From Synechococcus sp. (GTDB lineage Bacteria > Cyanobacteriota > Cyanobacteriia > Thermostichales > PCC-7336): 64,000 nucleotides of DNA. Positions 54,501 to 63,662 of this stretch are shown piece by piece. The stretch is taken from assembly GCA_051439425.1 (NCBI GenBank), contig JBFRWD010000102.1, positions 9,859 through 73,858 on the forward strand, in the 5' to 3' direction. A program made the translations under genes and the position numbers. Position 1 is the stretch's first letter. Every line of letters starts with the position of its first letter. The notes under the pieces were generated by a model. The model was not told where the DNA came from and ran no database searches. It saw only the letters and a program-made list of their open reading frames with translations.

Positions 54501-54875
54501 AACCATGGATTACTAACTCGGCTGCAAGTTGCAGATTTACTACGTAACAGTGACATTTTTGTCGATTTATCTGACTATCAAGCCTTTGGTCGCACGGGCT
54601 TAGAGGCAATGGCTTGCGGTACCGTGCCGATCTTGCCAATTAAGGGTGGAGCCCGAGAATATGCCGTGCACGATGCCAACGCTTTGTTGGTGGACACATC
54701 GAATGAAGACGCTTGCGAAGCCAGTATTCAGCGCTTGATTGATAATGAAGAACTTTTAGGCGCATTACAACAGCGTGGACTGGAGACAGTAAAAAATTAC
54801 TCGATCGAAGACACAGTTTACTCGGAATTGATTCTGTTTCTCAGCTTGCTGTTGTACCGCGAATCTGCTCCTTAG
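51579..54875 (+). CDS. Multidomain protein: sulfotransferase-like / coiled coil / GT2 / GT4-like
   Basis: VLGMHRSGTS, NPKGFFE, IKEPRL, RNPLEVARSL; coiled coil ~aa 275-365; VDVIVCVHN, VDDGS, LLNSDT, GYGEENDY; QAFGRTGLEAMACG. Confidence 0.9.
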   Translation: MIAPNQLIVLGMHRSGTSCVTRILSLMGAYCGQPSMLTGANDENPKGFFERRDIRQICDRLLHSTGADWWKVSDFSVKNIPNEVIEECHDVFQAALTDLNSHLPWVIKEPRLCLLFPIFRQWLTDPICIHVHRNPLEVARSLRTRNGFSISFGLALRETYHRHAISASTGLPHLCVSYNDLMSQAEIEIPRLHERLTSSGVAGLSLPAQSDLHVFVDRNLYRQREQTSQSIVFALPTQAEFHPTDLESAGNESLFNSESLFQSIDYALRDGERLHQQSTAFELIIKKLENKNRYLESELSRIQEVSRARRSHINQLERDVNSQTRIANLKSKTIQETSKTIQEKSKTIQKQSEIIQKYRQELLEITSSDIFRITNLFAKAYGLLLPKAIKPFVRSSAKVGYHMGLSTIQLAKGILRFNLQTIFKTSKSKSFNRDRFFKSRQNFEKFHQLEVDVIVCVHNSLEDVISCLRSVVGLQMDNVRIIAVDDGSDEETRNYLSNFFADRPNDRLIVHQKAKGYTCAANAGLKASTGDYVVLLNSDTIVTDGWLEKLLMVGESDPAIGIVGPLSNAASWQSIPEVMRKDGKDWSVNPIPSGLSIERMNQIVDLQSNLIFPRVPLLNGFCYAIKRSTIEKIGYLDEENFPKGYGEENDYSFRAADAGFSLAIATHCYIYHSKSRSYTHERRKELARLGGDAFNLKHGKDRVENAVKLMKTEPTLKQMRSRTEALIKKLPLSGSKADSLCSVLFLLPVPGGSGGAHSVVQEATGLRKLGVNAQIAMPQEHRIAFEAHYFDTFPLDELLAVYGDETQLLAEAKHFDIVVATIFTSIKLLDLICQKYPNITPAYYAQDYEPLFELSKRERQEALSSYTRVPNTAIFAKTQWLQQEIESHHDVRVFRVTPSLDLDTFFEHGRTENARIRITAMVRLSTPRRAPFRTLRILQRIAQTHSNRVKIQIFGSSDAELLEAGVDVAESNIDNHGLLTRLQVADLLRNSDIFVDLSDYQAFGRTGLEAMACGTVPILPIKGGAREYAVHDANALLVDTSNEDACEASIQRLIDNEELLGALQQRGLETVKNYSIEDTVYSELILFLSLLLYRESAP
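52566..52649 (+). repeat. In-frame 21-bp tandem repeat (3 near-perfect units plus 1 degenerate)
   Basis: AAATCAAAGACTATTCAAGAG / ACATCAAAGACTATTCAAGAG / AAATCAAAGACTATTCAGAAG / CAATCTGAAATAATCCAGAAA encodes KSKTIQE TSKTIQE KSKTIQK QSEIIQK. Confidence 0.9.
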
Positions 54876-55230
54876 CACTCAATAGCTAAGGTCAATCCAA
54901 CGTACAACTCCCTGAATTTGGTGTACGGAAAACCAATCTATATCCAAGGTCTATAGACAGTTCTAGACTCTACGGGAAGAGAACTCCTTTCGGGAAACCT
55001 GTTTAAAGGTTTGCATTACAGTATAGGATGACTGCATTTATCGCCTAACCCTTAGAGCATGTACGCCAATCTAAGACTAAACCGTTAAGCGACCCCCGGT
55101 TAGATGTTCGGTTAACGCTGAATGACTGCGAAGTTTGGCTTGACTGCCTAGCGTTCTACAGATATCTCCAGGAAAGCTAAACCCATCGAGCAGCATCATT
55201 TCATACCTTGCGTCAGCACCAAACACATTT

Positions 55231-58200
55231 ATGAAGCGTTTTTTCTCTCCCAAGTCTGTCCTCAAACGAGGCAAAGCTTACTTAAAGAATCGCTGGCGTA
55301 AGTGGAAAGAGCACGAGGCCCATCAAGGTAAGTTGGAGCTAGTTGAGAATAGCTGTTTGCTGGGTTGGGTGTTCGATTCTGCCAACCCAAACAGATCCGT
55401 TGAATATATCCTGTGGGTCGATGGTAAACAGTTTGGACGAGATATTGCCGCTTGGCCGCGTTCAACCCCCCCTCACAAGGCTGGTATTCAATTTCCTCTG
55501 TCAGAGGAGATTTTAGATGGTAAGCGCCATTCGTTTCAGCTGGAAATTGCACCTTCAGGGATCCGGTTTCCTCGAAACCCAGTATTGCTGCGTACGAACT
55601 CACCATCCCCATCCGTGGAAACAGACGCTAGAGGGCATCGATTTCCAGGGGTTCTGGGTGGCATCGAGCACGTTGGTGCTGGTGGCGCTGTAACGGGTTG
55701 GTTATTCGATCCGGCGCGACCTAATACCTCATTATCTTTATGTCTACTTGTCGATGGCAAAGAAGTCGGTTGGACGCTTGCATGCCTGTATAGAGAAGAC
55801 CTGCTTTCATTCAATATCGGTGATGGGCGAAAGGGGTTTCACTTCACAATACCGTCCTATCTCCAGGACGGACGAGAGCACGAGCTGCAAGTGCGAATAC
55901 TTGGAAGCAATCAATGTTTGCTCAATCAGCCCATAACCAAAATCATTTCATCCACCTCTATAGAAGACGAGATAGAGCGGTATTTCGGCTTCATTCAATT
56001 ACAAGGCGATCGGCTAGTCGGCGAGGTCGGCGATCGCCTCCAACCTAACTTGCCAGTGCCGATAGAAATAGTTTTGAACAATCGCGCCCGTGCATTCATC
56101 ACCCCTTCCATTGCTCGCGATGGTTCCGAACGAACTCTACTGCATTGCTTTGATGAGCCTGTCAGTCGTTTCTTAAGTGAGGGAGAACGTTTGCACTCAG
56201 CGGCATTTCGTATCGCTGGAACAGACAAATATTTCATTGACGCCCATAGCCCAGCTGCTTTCTTGGCTTCACATGGCCAAGCCACTCGGGACGACAGCCA
56301 AAAGCCCAGACTCACTATCATTGCTTGGGATGCCACCCACAACCCTCTGGGGCGGGCGTACATTTTAGCTGAAATGATGCGGCACGACTTCGAGGTGGAA
56401 ATCATTGCCCCGATGTTCCCTCAATACGGAACGGACATTTGGGAGCCGTTGCGTCAAGCCCCCATTCCTATCCGCACCTTCTGGGGCCGTCCTTTTCCCG
56501 AACACTTCGAAGATTTATCTACTATTGCCGCAAGTATTGAAACCGACTATGTTTGGGTATCCAAACCACGTCTCCCATCACTCGAACTTGGTTTTCTGGT
56601 AAAAGAACGGCTTGGGTGTCCCTTAATTGTCGATGTTGACGATCTCGAACTATCTTTTTTTCCAGACGAGCGACAGTGCACGCTGGAGGATCTCGAACAA
56701 GCCCGCATTGAAACATCCACAGAGTTTTTCAAGCCCTACGGGCACTATTGGACCGCTCTGTGCCAAAGTTTGCTAGACGAGGCTGATTTGGTCACGACTA
56801 GCAACCATACCCTACAATCCCGCTTTGGTGGAATTATTGTCCCGCACATTCGGGATGAAACCGTGTTCGATCCTGCACTCTATGACCGCGATCGTCTGCG
56901 GAAAGAGATGGGGTATTCACCCGACGATCGTGTTGTCTTGTTCTTAGGAACACCGCGTCTCCACAAGGGATTTGGCCGAGTCCTAGAAGCTCTGGAAGCC
57001 ATTGGCAATCCACAGTACAGCCTGCTCCTTGTCGGTACTATAACGGACACCAAGACTCGCCAATTAATTGATAAATGTGACCAGCGCTATCTCAAAAAAC
57101 GTCCAAATTGCAGTTTTCAAGAATTATCAGGTCTGGTAGCCTGTGCAGATCTTGTTTGTATTCTGCAAGATCCTCGCAGTCGGATTTCAGCTTATCAAAT
57201 GCCAGCAAAGTTTACCGATGCTTTGGCAATGTGTGTTCCAGTATTGGCAACATCAGTCCCCCCTCTTGAACCACTGATTGACGCAGGGCTAATTATTTCT
57301 GCCCAAATGGATAATCTTGACGCACAGCTCGGTCAAATCTTAGATAACATAATCGACTATCGAGAGCAGGCAAAACAAGCAAGAGCTACATTTTTAGATA
57401 ACTTTAGCTATCAAGCGGTATCGAGCCAACTAGGCCCCACACTTCTGAAACTTCAAGGTAAATCTCGGACTCTTGGGGAGGCCGGTGCAAGTTTACTTGA
57501 CTATCACCGCCAACATTTTCCCTATACCAGCTCACCCGTTCATGCCGACTCTCATCAACCAATTGACATTGTATTTTTCTGGAAACAGTTTGATTCAGGT
57601 ATATACGGTCGTCGACCAGACATGATAGTTAAGTATTTAGCGCAAGATTCTCGTGTGCGGCGTATCGTTCACTTTGAACCCCCAATCTCAAAACGTCAAT
57701 TATCTGTATTCGAAAGCGATTCTCTGGGACAGTTAAGCCAAGCCAGATTTGTTTACGACAACGTCATATCCCGAAACCGTTGCGAACGCGATAGCGAAAA
57801 GATTCTACGGAGAACGTTGATCGTCGAGGAGCCATCTGGCAATTCAGGACTATCAACAAGTCAAGCCTATGTTGAATTTGTCAAACAGACTTTACAAGAT
57901 GCTGATGTCGATGCTGGCAATTCTGTATTCTGGTTTTGTCCCAAAAACGTATGGTTTCAATCCCTCGTGGATTCATTGCGACCAAGATTAGTGGTTTCTG
58001 ACATCATTGACGATCATCGCAAGTGGGCTCAATTGTTGCAGAGGGAGCTAGACGTTAGTAAAAACTATGCACAGATTCTCACTCGTAGCCACCTCACATT
58101 TACGAATTGCGAAGAAAATCAATCCGCATTTGGAGCCTTGGCTGGCTCCATTCACGTTGTACCGAATGGTCTGGAACTCCCTGAAGCCAGAGATGAGTCC

Positions 58201-58779
58201 TTACCCGACCCACCAGAACTAGAATCAATTCCTCGCCCCCGAATTGGTTACATCGGCAATTTAGATGCTCAGCGTCTTGATATGGAGCTGATGGAATATC
58301 TTATCAGCAACCGACCTGAATGGCAGCTCGTCTTGGTGGGGTCTCTACATGCGAACCAAAGTGCTCTTGCCCTCGATCGCTTCCCAAACGTGCATTTTTT
58401 AGGAGTGCGCCCGTACTCGCAGGCTAGAAACTTGGCCAAAGCCTTTGACGTTGGCATCATCCCTCATCGGGATACTAGCCTTACACGTTCAATGAATCCT
58501 CTCAAAGCTTACTTCTATCTGGCAGCTGGACTTCCAATCGTCTCGACTCCAGTAGCCAATCTACCGCCGGAGCTGCCCACGATTGCGATCGCTTCCGACC
58601 CCGGACAGTTTGTTGCTGCAATTGAACAGACGCTAGATGCTCCTGCTCGCTTAAGTGAGCAAGAGCGCTCGGTATTAGATGATTTTTTACACGCAAGTAG
58701 CTGGGAGAGACGGGTCAACACAATGATTGAGGAACTCCAGAAAAAACTGAGCAACCCCGCTTATGATATTGTTCGATAA
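55231..58779 (+). CDS. Large glycosyltransferase: N-terminal repeated beta modules plus two GT-B (GT4-like) domains
   Basis: Repeated GW.FD...VDGK motifs; FLGTPRLHKG...QMPAKFTDALAM; IGYIGNL...NVHFLG.RPY...MNPLKAYFYLAAGLPIVST. Confidence 0.85.
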   Translation: MKRFFSPKSVLKRGKAYLKNRWRKWKEHEAHQGKLELVENSCLLGWVFDSANPNRSVEYILWVDGKQFGRDIAAWPRSTPPHKAGIQFPLSEEILDGKRHSFQLEIAPSGIRFPRNPVLLRTNSPSPSVETDARGHRFPGVLGGIEHVGAGGAVTGWLFDPARPNTSLSLCLLVDGKEVGWTLACLYREDLLSFNIGDGRKGFHFTIPSYLQDGREHELQVRILGSNQCLLNQPITKIISSTSIEDEIERYFGFIQLQGDRLVGEVGDRLQPNLPVPIEIVLNNRARAFITPSIARDGSERTLLHCFDEPVSRFLSEGERLHSAAFRIAGTDKYFIDAHSPAAFLASHGQATRDDSQKPRLTIIAWDATHNPLGRAYILAEMMRHDFEVEIIAPMFPQYGTDIWEPLRQAPIPIRTFWGRPFPEHFEDLSTIAASIETDYVWVSKPRLPSLELGFLVKERLGCPLIVDVDDLELSFFPDERQCTLEDLEQARIETSTEFFKPYGHYWTALCQSLLDEADLVTTSNHTLQSRFGGIIVPHIRDETVFDPALYDRDRLRKEMGYSPDDRVVLFLGTPRLHKGFGRVLEALEAIGNPQYSLLLVGTITDTKTRQLIDKCDQRYLKKRPNCSFQELSGLVACADLVCILQDPRSRISAYQMPAKFTDALAMCVPVLATSVPPLEPLIDAGLIISAQMDNLDAQLGQILDNIIDYREQAKQARATFLDNFSYQAVSSQLGPTLLKLQGKSRTLGEAGASLLDYHRQHFPYTSSPVHADSHQPIDIVFFWKQFDSGIYGRRPDMIVKYLAQDSRVRRIVHFEPPISKRQLSVFESDSLGQLSQARFVYDNVISRNRCERDSEKILRRTLIVEEPSGNSGLSTSQAYVEFVKQTLQDADVDAGNSVFWFCPKNVWFQSLVDSLRPRLVVSDIIDDHRKWAQLLQRELDVSKNYAQILTRSHLTFTNCEENQSAFGALAGSIHVVPNGLELPEARDESLPDPPELESIPRPRIGYIGNLDAQRLDMELMEYLISNRPEWQLVLVGSLHANQSALALDRFPNVHFLGVRPYSQARNLAKAFDVGIIPHRDTSLTRSMNPLKAYFYLAAGLPIVSTPVANLPPELPTIAIASDPGQFVAAIEQTLDAPARLSEQERSVLDDFLHASSWERRVNTMIEELQKKLSNPAYDIVR

Positions 58780-58864
58780 TCAATTTTATCCGGAAAGCAA
58801 GCTAACCTTTCCTTAGAAAGATCGACCAATGGATAGATAAACTTCTGCTAGGAGCTATGACGGA

Positions 58865-59599
58865 ATGACTGACTTCCCTCTCGAGCAAGGTTACTGCCAT
58901 GTTTGCGGGAAAAATGGAGTTTTTATCCACGAAATAAACAATACTCGCAAAGGTTATAAGTGCCCCCATTGTTCAGCGTCCCTGCAATATCGTCATCAAG
59001 CCAAAGTTATCTTAGATTCCCTCTCCAATCGGTACAAATCATTTGCTGAATTCAGCCAAACCTCTGTTTGCGAGAATTTATCAATCTACGAACCTGGTAT
59101 TGCCGGTCCGTTCCGAAAGTATCTACGCCAGCATTCCAATTATCAGCAGTCGTATTTCTGGCCCGATATCTCTACTGGCGAGGAACACGATGGCATCCGT
59201 TGCGAGAACCTAGAATCGTCAACATTCGCAGATAATAGTTTCGATCTCGTAATCTCATCCGATATTTTGGATTGTGTTCGAAAGCCCTACGATGCATTCG
59301 CCGAAATTTATCGCATCCTACGCCCAGGAGGTTGTCATATATTCTCAATTTCGCTGACCTGGCCACCCAGCCAGCGAACAATAAAACGTGTAGATGTAGA
59401 TAGAGAAGATACCTTTCTAATGCCCCCCATTTTTCAAAGTTCTCCGGTGAATAAGAGTGGCAGCCTTGTCTACAATAATTTTGGTGAGGATTTAATTTCT
59501 ACCCTTGGCTGCTTGGGTTACGAGGTAGAAGTAACCGGTCTGTCTTCTAACCGAACGTTTTTAACGCGTAAACCTTCCCTTCACAAACAAACCGTATAA
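58865..59599 (+). CDS. Class I SAM-dependent methyltransferase with N-terminal zinc ribbon
   Basis: CHVCG...CPHC; FADNSFDLVISSDIL and EIYRILRPGG. Confidence 0.82.
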   Translation: MTDFPLEQGYCHVCGKNGVFIHEINNTRKGYKCPHCSASLQYRHQAKVILDSLSNRYKSFAEFSQTSVCENLSIYEPGIAGPFRKYLRQHSNYQQSYFWPDISTGEEHDGIRCENLESSTFADNSFDLVISSDILDCVRKPYDAFAEIYRILRPGGCHIFSISLTWPPSQRTIKRVDVDREDTFLMPPIFQSSPVNKSGSLVYNNFGEDLISTLGCLGYEVEVTGLSSNRTFLTRKPSLHKQTV

Positions 59600-59778
59600 A
59601 AAACGACGCTACGAACAATTGGAAGTATAGCCTTCAGCTAATGTTAGACAACAATATCGTAAGGTTCTTCCGAGATTGAGGCGGTTTAGCAATTTGATTT
59701 AAACTACACCCACATTTAGACCCAGAGTTTCGGTGGATTTATACTCTCCTATATTACTCGCTATTTTAGAAACTGGTT

Positions 59779-60516
59779 TTATGTTTTCAAGTACGCTTGG
59801 GCAGCTTCATAGACACGGATACTTGGCAAACATATCTCTTGAATTTTCCGCAATGATGAATCATCAATATCCTGGTATCGCTTCTGACGGTTTGGGCTTG
59901 TATTTAAAACGGGAATATCCAGAGATGAGCCCAGTAGTAGCTGGCAGCGACGACTGAAATCCTGAAGGTCTTCCAAGAGCCCAATCAAATGAAAGTTTTT
60001 GAGATTTTGACATGCATTCTCGATGTCACTTTCCGATATATTTTCAAATTTCTTGTCTTTAGCCGTCAATAACCAGACGTAGCTACCGGCAAATCGCCTT
60101 GCTCTAGTTGTTTCCAGATACTCTTCTAATGGCAGGGTGATTTGTCCGTGAGTTTCTTGTTTATAGCGATTGTAATAGTAGTGAGAAAGGAAGCGATCGA
60201 CAGGATCGCGTAGTACAACCGCAAACGTCCAACTATTGAGGTAATGATGATGCAGGCGATCGTTATACCTAAAATGACCTGTAACTAGTCGGCTATGCTT
60301 ACTTGAAAGGGCATAAGCAAGCAGTCGATCTCTGAAAAGCCATGTGTTGATTTCTGTAGACTTAGCGACATCCCAAGCAGCCTTCGCATCCATTGAAAAG
60401 ATTGGAGTCGGTGTTGTAGCATTGGAGGAAATTGCTTCGATTAATGCCTTTGTTACAGATGTTCCTCCACATTTTTCAATGTGTAGAAAGAAAATCTTTT
60501 CTTGCCTAGCAGCCAA
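59779..60516 (-). CDS. Sulfotransferase family 2 protein
   Basis: FFLHIEKCGGTSV (5'-PSB), GHF, VLRDPVDRFLSHYYY (3'-PB). Confidence 0.88.
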   Translation of the reverse strand: MAARQEKIFFLHIEKCGGTSVTKALIEAISSNATTPTPIFSMDAKAAWDVAKSTEINTWLFRDRLLAYALSSKHSRLVTGHFRYNDRLHHHYLNSWTFAVVLRDPVDRFLSHYYYNRYKQETHGQITLPLEEYLETTRARRFAGSYVWLLTAKDKKFENISESDIENACQNLKNFHLIGLLEDLQDFSRRCQLLLGSSLDIPVLNTSPNRQKRYQDIDDSSLRKIQEICLPSIRVYEAAQAYLKT

Positions 60517-61285
60517 GCTTACATAGCCTCCTAATAACTATTTTAGAATACGCTCATCCCATGCTTTTCAGCTGTAAGTACTATTAACTATTGAGATCGG
60601 GAAACAATCAATCAATATATTACCATTATTCGGTTTATGTGAGTTGCCCAGCCAGGAGTGAACCCAAGGCAAACGCATATTCCCCATAAGCATCTACAAG
60701 CCTTGTATAATAAGACTTCTGACTGACACCGCAAAACCATTGATTGAGACTAAATAAGAATACGGTCAATAAGCCTTCTGGGAAATCAATAGATTCTTCC
60801 TAACTATATGTGCTAGGTTCATCAGTCAGTCTGGCTGTCTTTCCTAAGAACCATACTCAGTAAGTGATTCGTCATTTAGGTTGACATGCGCTTATCCTAT
60901 TGATAGCGCTTTTAATTACAGTCAGGACATTCAACGCCAGATACAAACAGGGGTTGCCTTAGCTGAAATTTCCGCAGTAATGCGGTCAAGGCTCAAATAC
61001 TCAATAATCTGCTTCTAGCGGACTGCATTGGGGGATAGAACTTTGATTCCGGTATGCCTTCAGCAATTAGTTATCCAGCATTGCAACACAAGCTAGTACG
61101 GGATTACCCTGCAAGCTCCCAAAAAACTTCGAGTATAGTGGCAATTTTATAGAGTTTCAGAGGACAAGAGTAGTTATAATTTAATACTCTATAGAAACAT
61201 TTCTTTCCAGCCCATTACTCAAATTCAACCCAGTGTGCCTGCATACTAGCAAAGCGAATTGAACACGTATTCTACATGCAAGAAA

Positions 61286-62131
61286 TTGATCTACTTTCTG
61301 ACTGTTAATTTCTACTCCTCTGAGATGATCGGTAAACTGATCGCTTCTCTACCCCCTGAATCTGATTGTCAATATCGGATGGTGGTGGTTAATAACTCTG
61401 CCGGAGATCGCCAGTTGGAATCTTTGTGTAGCGATACGGTCACTATTCTAAATCCACAGGAAAATCTAGGCTTTGGGAGAGGTTGTAACTTTGGTTTAGA
61501 GTGGATTTCAAAACAGAATAGCGATGCAATTGTTTGGTTGATCAACCCCGATGCCCGCCTGATGCCTCAGGTCTCCCTTGTTGCGTTAACCGATTTCATC
61601 CGACAACACAACTCAATCGCAATACTTGGAACGGAAATCTATACCGATACTCAAGATCTATGGTTTGGTTACGGTTCCTTCGACCCCTTGCACGGAACAA
61701 TTCAATCGATCGGGATTTCTTGTACCGGTGCTCGCTCGTTACGTACATGCGATTGGGTCTCGGGGTGCAGCACAATTTTAAATCTAGGGTGCTTTGATAG
61801 CTGCCCGAAATTCGATCCCTCCTTTTTTCTGTATTACGAAGATTTTGATTTCTGCCAACGGTATCGGAGTAAAGGTTATACCGTGGCAATCACCGACAAA
61901 TTTTCAGTGATTCACGCCCCATCATCCATCACTAATCGCAACCAATTCGACAAAATCAACCACAGCACGTTTAGCTACCTGCTGGTATTGGAACGCTATG
62001 CTTACCCAACTGCAAGGATGTGGCGGTTTATGAGGCTGCTCATCATTGCATTGTTTATGCTTCCGTTTCAGCCATCGGTTGCCTTTGGTAAGCTGTACGG
62101 CGTTGCCCGCTATTTGAGCAAAAGCGAGTGA
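61286..62131 (+). CDS. Glycosyltransferase family 2
   Basis: NLGFGRGCN, WLINPDA, DWVSGC and FFLYYEDFDFC. Start uncertain. Confidence 0.9.
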   Translation: MIYFLTVNFYSSEMIGKLIASLPPESDCQYRMVVVNNSAGDRQLESLCSDTVTILNPQENLGFGRGCNFGLEWISKQNSDAIVWLINPDARLMPQVSLVALTDFIRQHNSIAILGTEIYTDTQDLWFGYGSFDPLHGTIQSIGISCTGARSLRTCDWVSGCSTILNLGCFDSCPKFDPSFFLYYEDFDFCQRYRSKGYTVAITDKFSVIHAPSSITNRNQFDKINHSTFSYLLVLERYAYPTARMWRFMRLLIIALFMLPFQPSVAFGKLYGVARYLSKSE

Positions 62132-63318
62132 GTCCATCTCCTGAAGCTTCTCCCCAATCATTACTGGTTAACCTGTCATTTTTGCTCGACAAGCCCACTG
62201 GCCTTAGCAACTACGCCACCAACGTTGTCCCCCACCTTCAATCCCTGAACCCTACGCTGCTGCGATCGCGAGCGACCGAGCAACAATTTACCGAACAACA
62301 ATTTAAAGAGAACCAAGCTACCGAAGCATCCACTACTGACACAACACCAAAAGTAGGCAAACACTCCCCAATCCAAGAGGCGATCGCCCACTGGGTACCG
62401 GACAATCTGACAGCCAAACATGGCAAGCTTGGCAATCTAAGAAGGTTTATATGGACACAATTCCAGCTTCCTAATATCTATCGAACTCTCAACAGTAGCC
62501 TGCTCTTCTCTCCCGTTCCGGAAGCCCCCCTCTATTCTCGCTGCCGTTCAGTGGTGGTAGTTCACGATCTGATTCCCCTGCGCTTTCCCAATCGCCGATC
62601 GCCGCTGTTTCCCTATTTTCGCTACTACATTCCGCAAGTCGTGGCCCAGTCCGAGCACGCGATCGCCAACTCCGAAGCAACGGCAAGAGATGTGGTCGAT
62701 TGGCTAGGCATACCCGCCAGCAAAGTAACGACTATCCCCTTAGCCGTCGATGTCTCCCGCTTTCACCCTCTGGATATCCCCACGCTCAACTACTTCCTCT
62801 ATATCGGTCGGCACGACAGCCATAAAAACCTACAGCGAACCCTGCGGGCATTTGCTCGGGTGCGACGTCGCCACAACGTAGAGTTTTGGTTGGCAGGCCC
62901 CCAAGATGAGCGCTTCACACCACAACTGCAGCAGCTAGCGAGCGAGCTTGGCATCGCAGAAGCCGTCAAATTCTTGTCTTACGTGCCGGATGATGAGTTA
63001 TTGAAATTGCTCAATCAAGCCTTGGGATTTGTATTTCCCAGTCTCTGGGAAGGATTTGGACTGCCGGTTTTAGAAGCAATGGCCTGCGGTACACCGGTTA
63101 TTACCAGCAACCTTTCATCACTGCCTGAGGTAACGGGCGATGCGGCCCTACTAGTCGACCCCCTCAATGTGGATGAATTAGCAGCGGCGATGGAATCTTT
63201 AGTCGTATCTCCCAGCACGCGATCGCAACTGAAATCAGCCGGATTGGCCAGAGTCACTCAGTTTAGTTGGACACAAACAGGCCAATTGACCTCAGAAGTC
63301 TTGAAACAGTTTATTTGA
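62128..63318 (+). CDS. Glycosyltransferase family 4
   Basis: [44 protein letters not shown] overlap with the GT2 gene. Confidence 0.93.
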   Translation: MSPSPEASPQSLLVNLSFLLDKPTGLSNYATNVVPHLQSLNPTLLRSRATEQQFTEQQFKENQATEASTTDTTPKVGKHSPIQEAIAHWVPDNLTAKHGKLGNLRRFIWTQFQLPNIYRTLNSSLLFSPVPEAPLYSRCRSVVVVHDLIPLRFPNRRSPLFPYFRYYIPQVVAQSEHAIANSEATARDVVDWLGIPASKVTTIPLAVDVSRFHPLDIPTLNYFLYIGRHDSHKNLQRTLRAFARVRRRHNVEFWLAGPQDERFTPQLQQLASELGIAEAVKFLSYVPDDELLKLLNQALGFVFPSLWEGFGLPVLEAMACGTPVITSNLSSLPEVTGDAALLVDPLNVDELAAAMESLVVSPSTRSQLKSAGLARVTQFSWTQTGQLTSEVLKQFI

Positions 63319-63662
63319 CGGTTTGTCAGGCTAACCGTTGGCAATATTGACGCTTGGCCAAATGATGGCCGTCAGTCTTTGAGCAAACATCACCATCTCT
63401 TTTGACAGCGCACTGATTTTAAAATCGTTGAAATTTTAAAATTGCGGCGAGAGTGAGACCAACAAGTGGCAGTCGAGTTGCCCGCTTTCAAGATTGGCAC
63501 CTCGGCACTGTACTATCGTTACGGTTCTGCATATCCAGTCGCATCTCAGTCACACCGAGCAAACTGTTGCCCAATTCCCACTTACCTTTGGGCCATCATG
63601 CTTCAGTCTGACCCAATTGCTTCTGTGGCCGAACCCTTGATGTCATTTGCTCCATGTGCTCG

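Noticed and set aside
60617..60900. Possible further MITE remnants upstream of the GT2 gene
   Set aside because: The inverted repeats are weak and gapped, with no target duplication.
62275..62305. [10 protein letters not shown] 15-bp duplication in the GT4 gene
   Set aside because: Real but in-frame, in a low-complexity loop insertion; probably neutral.
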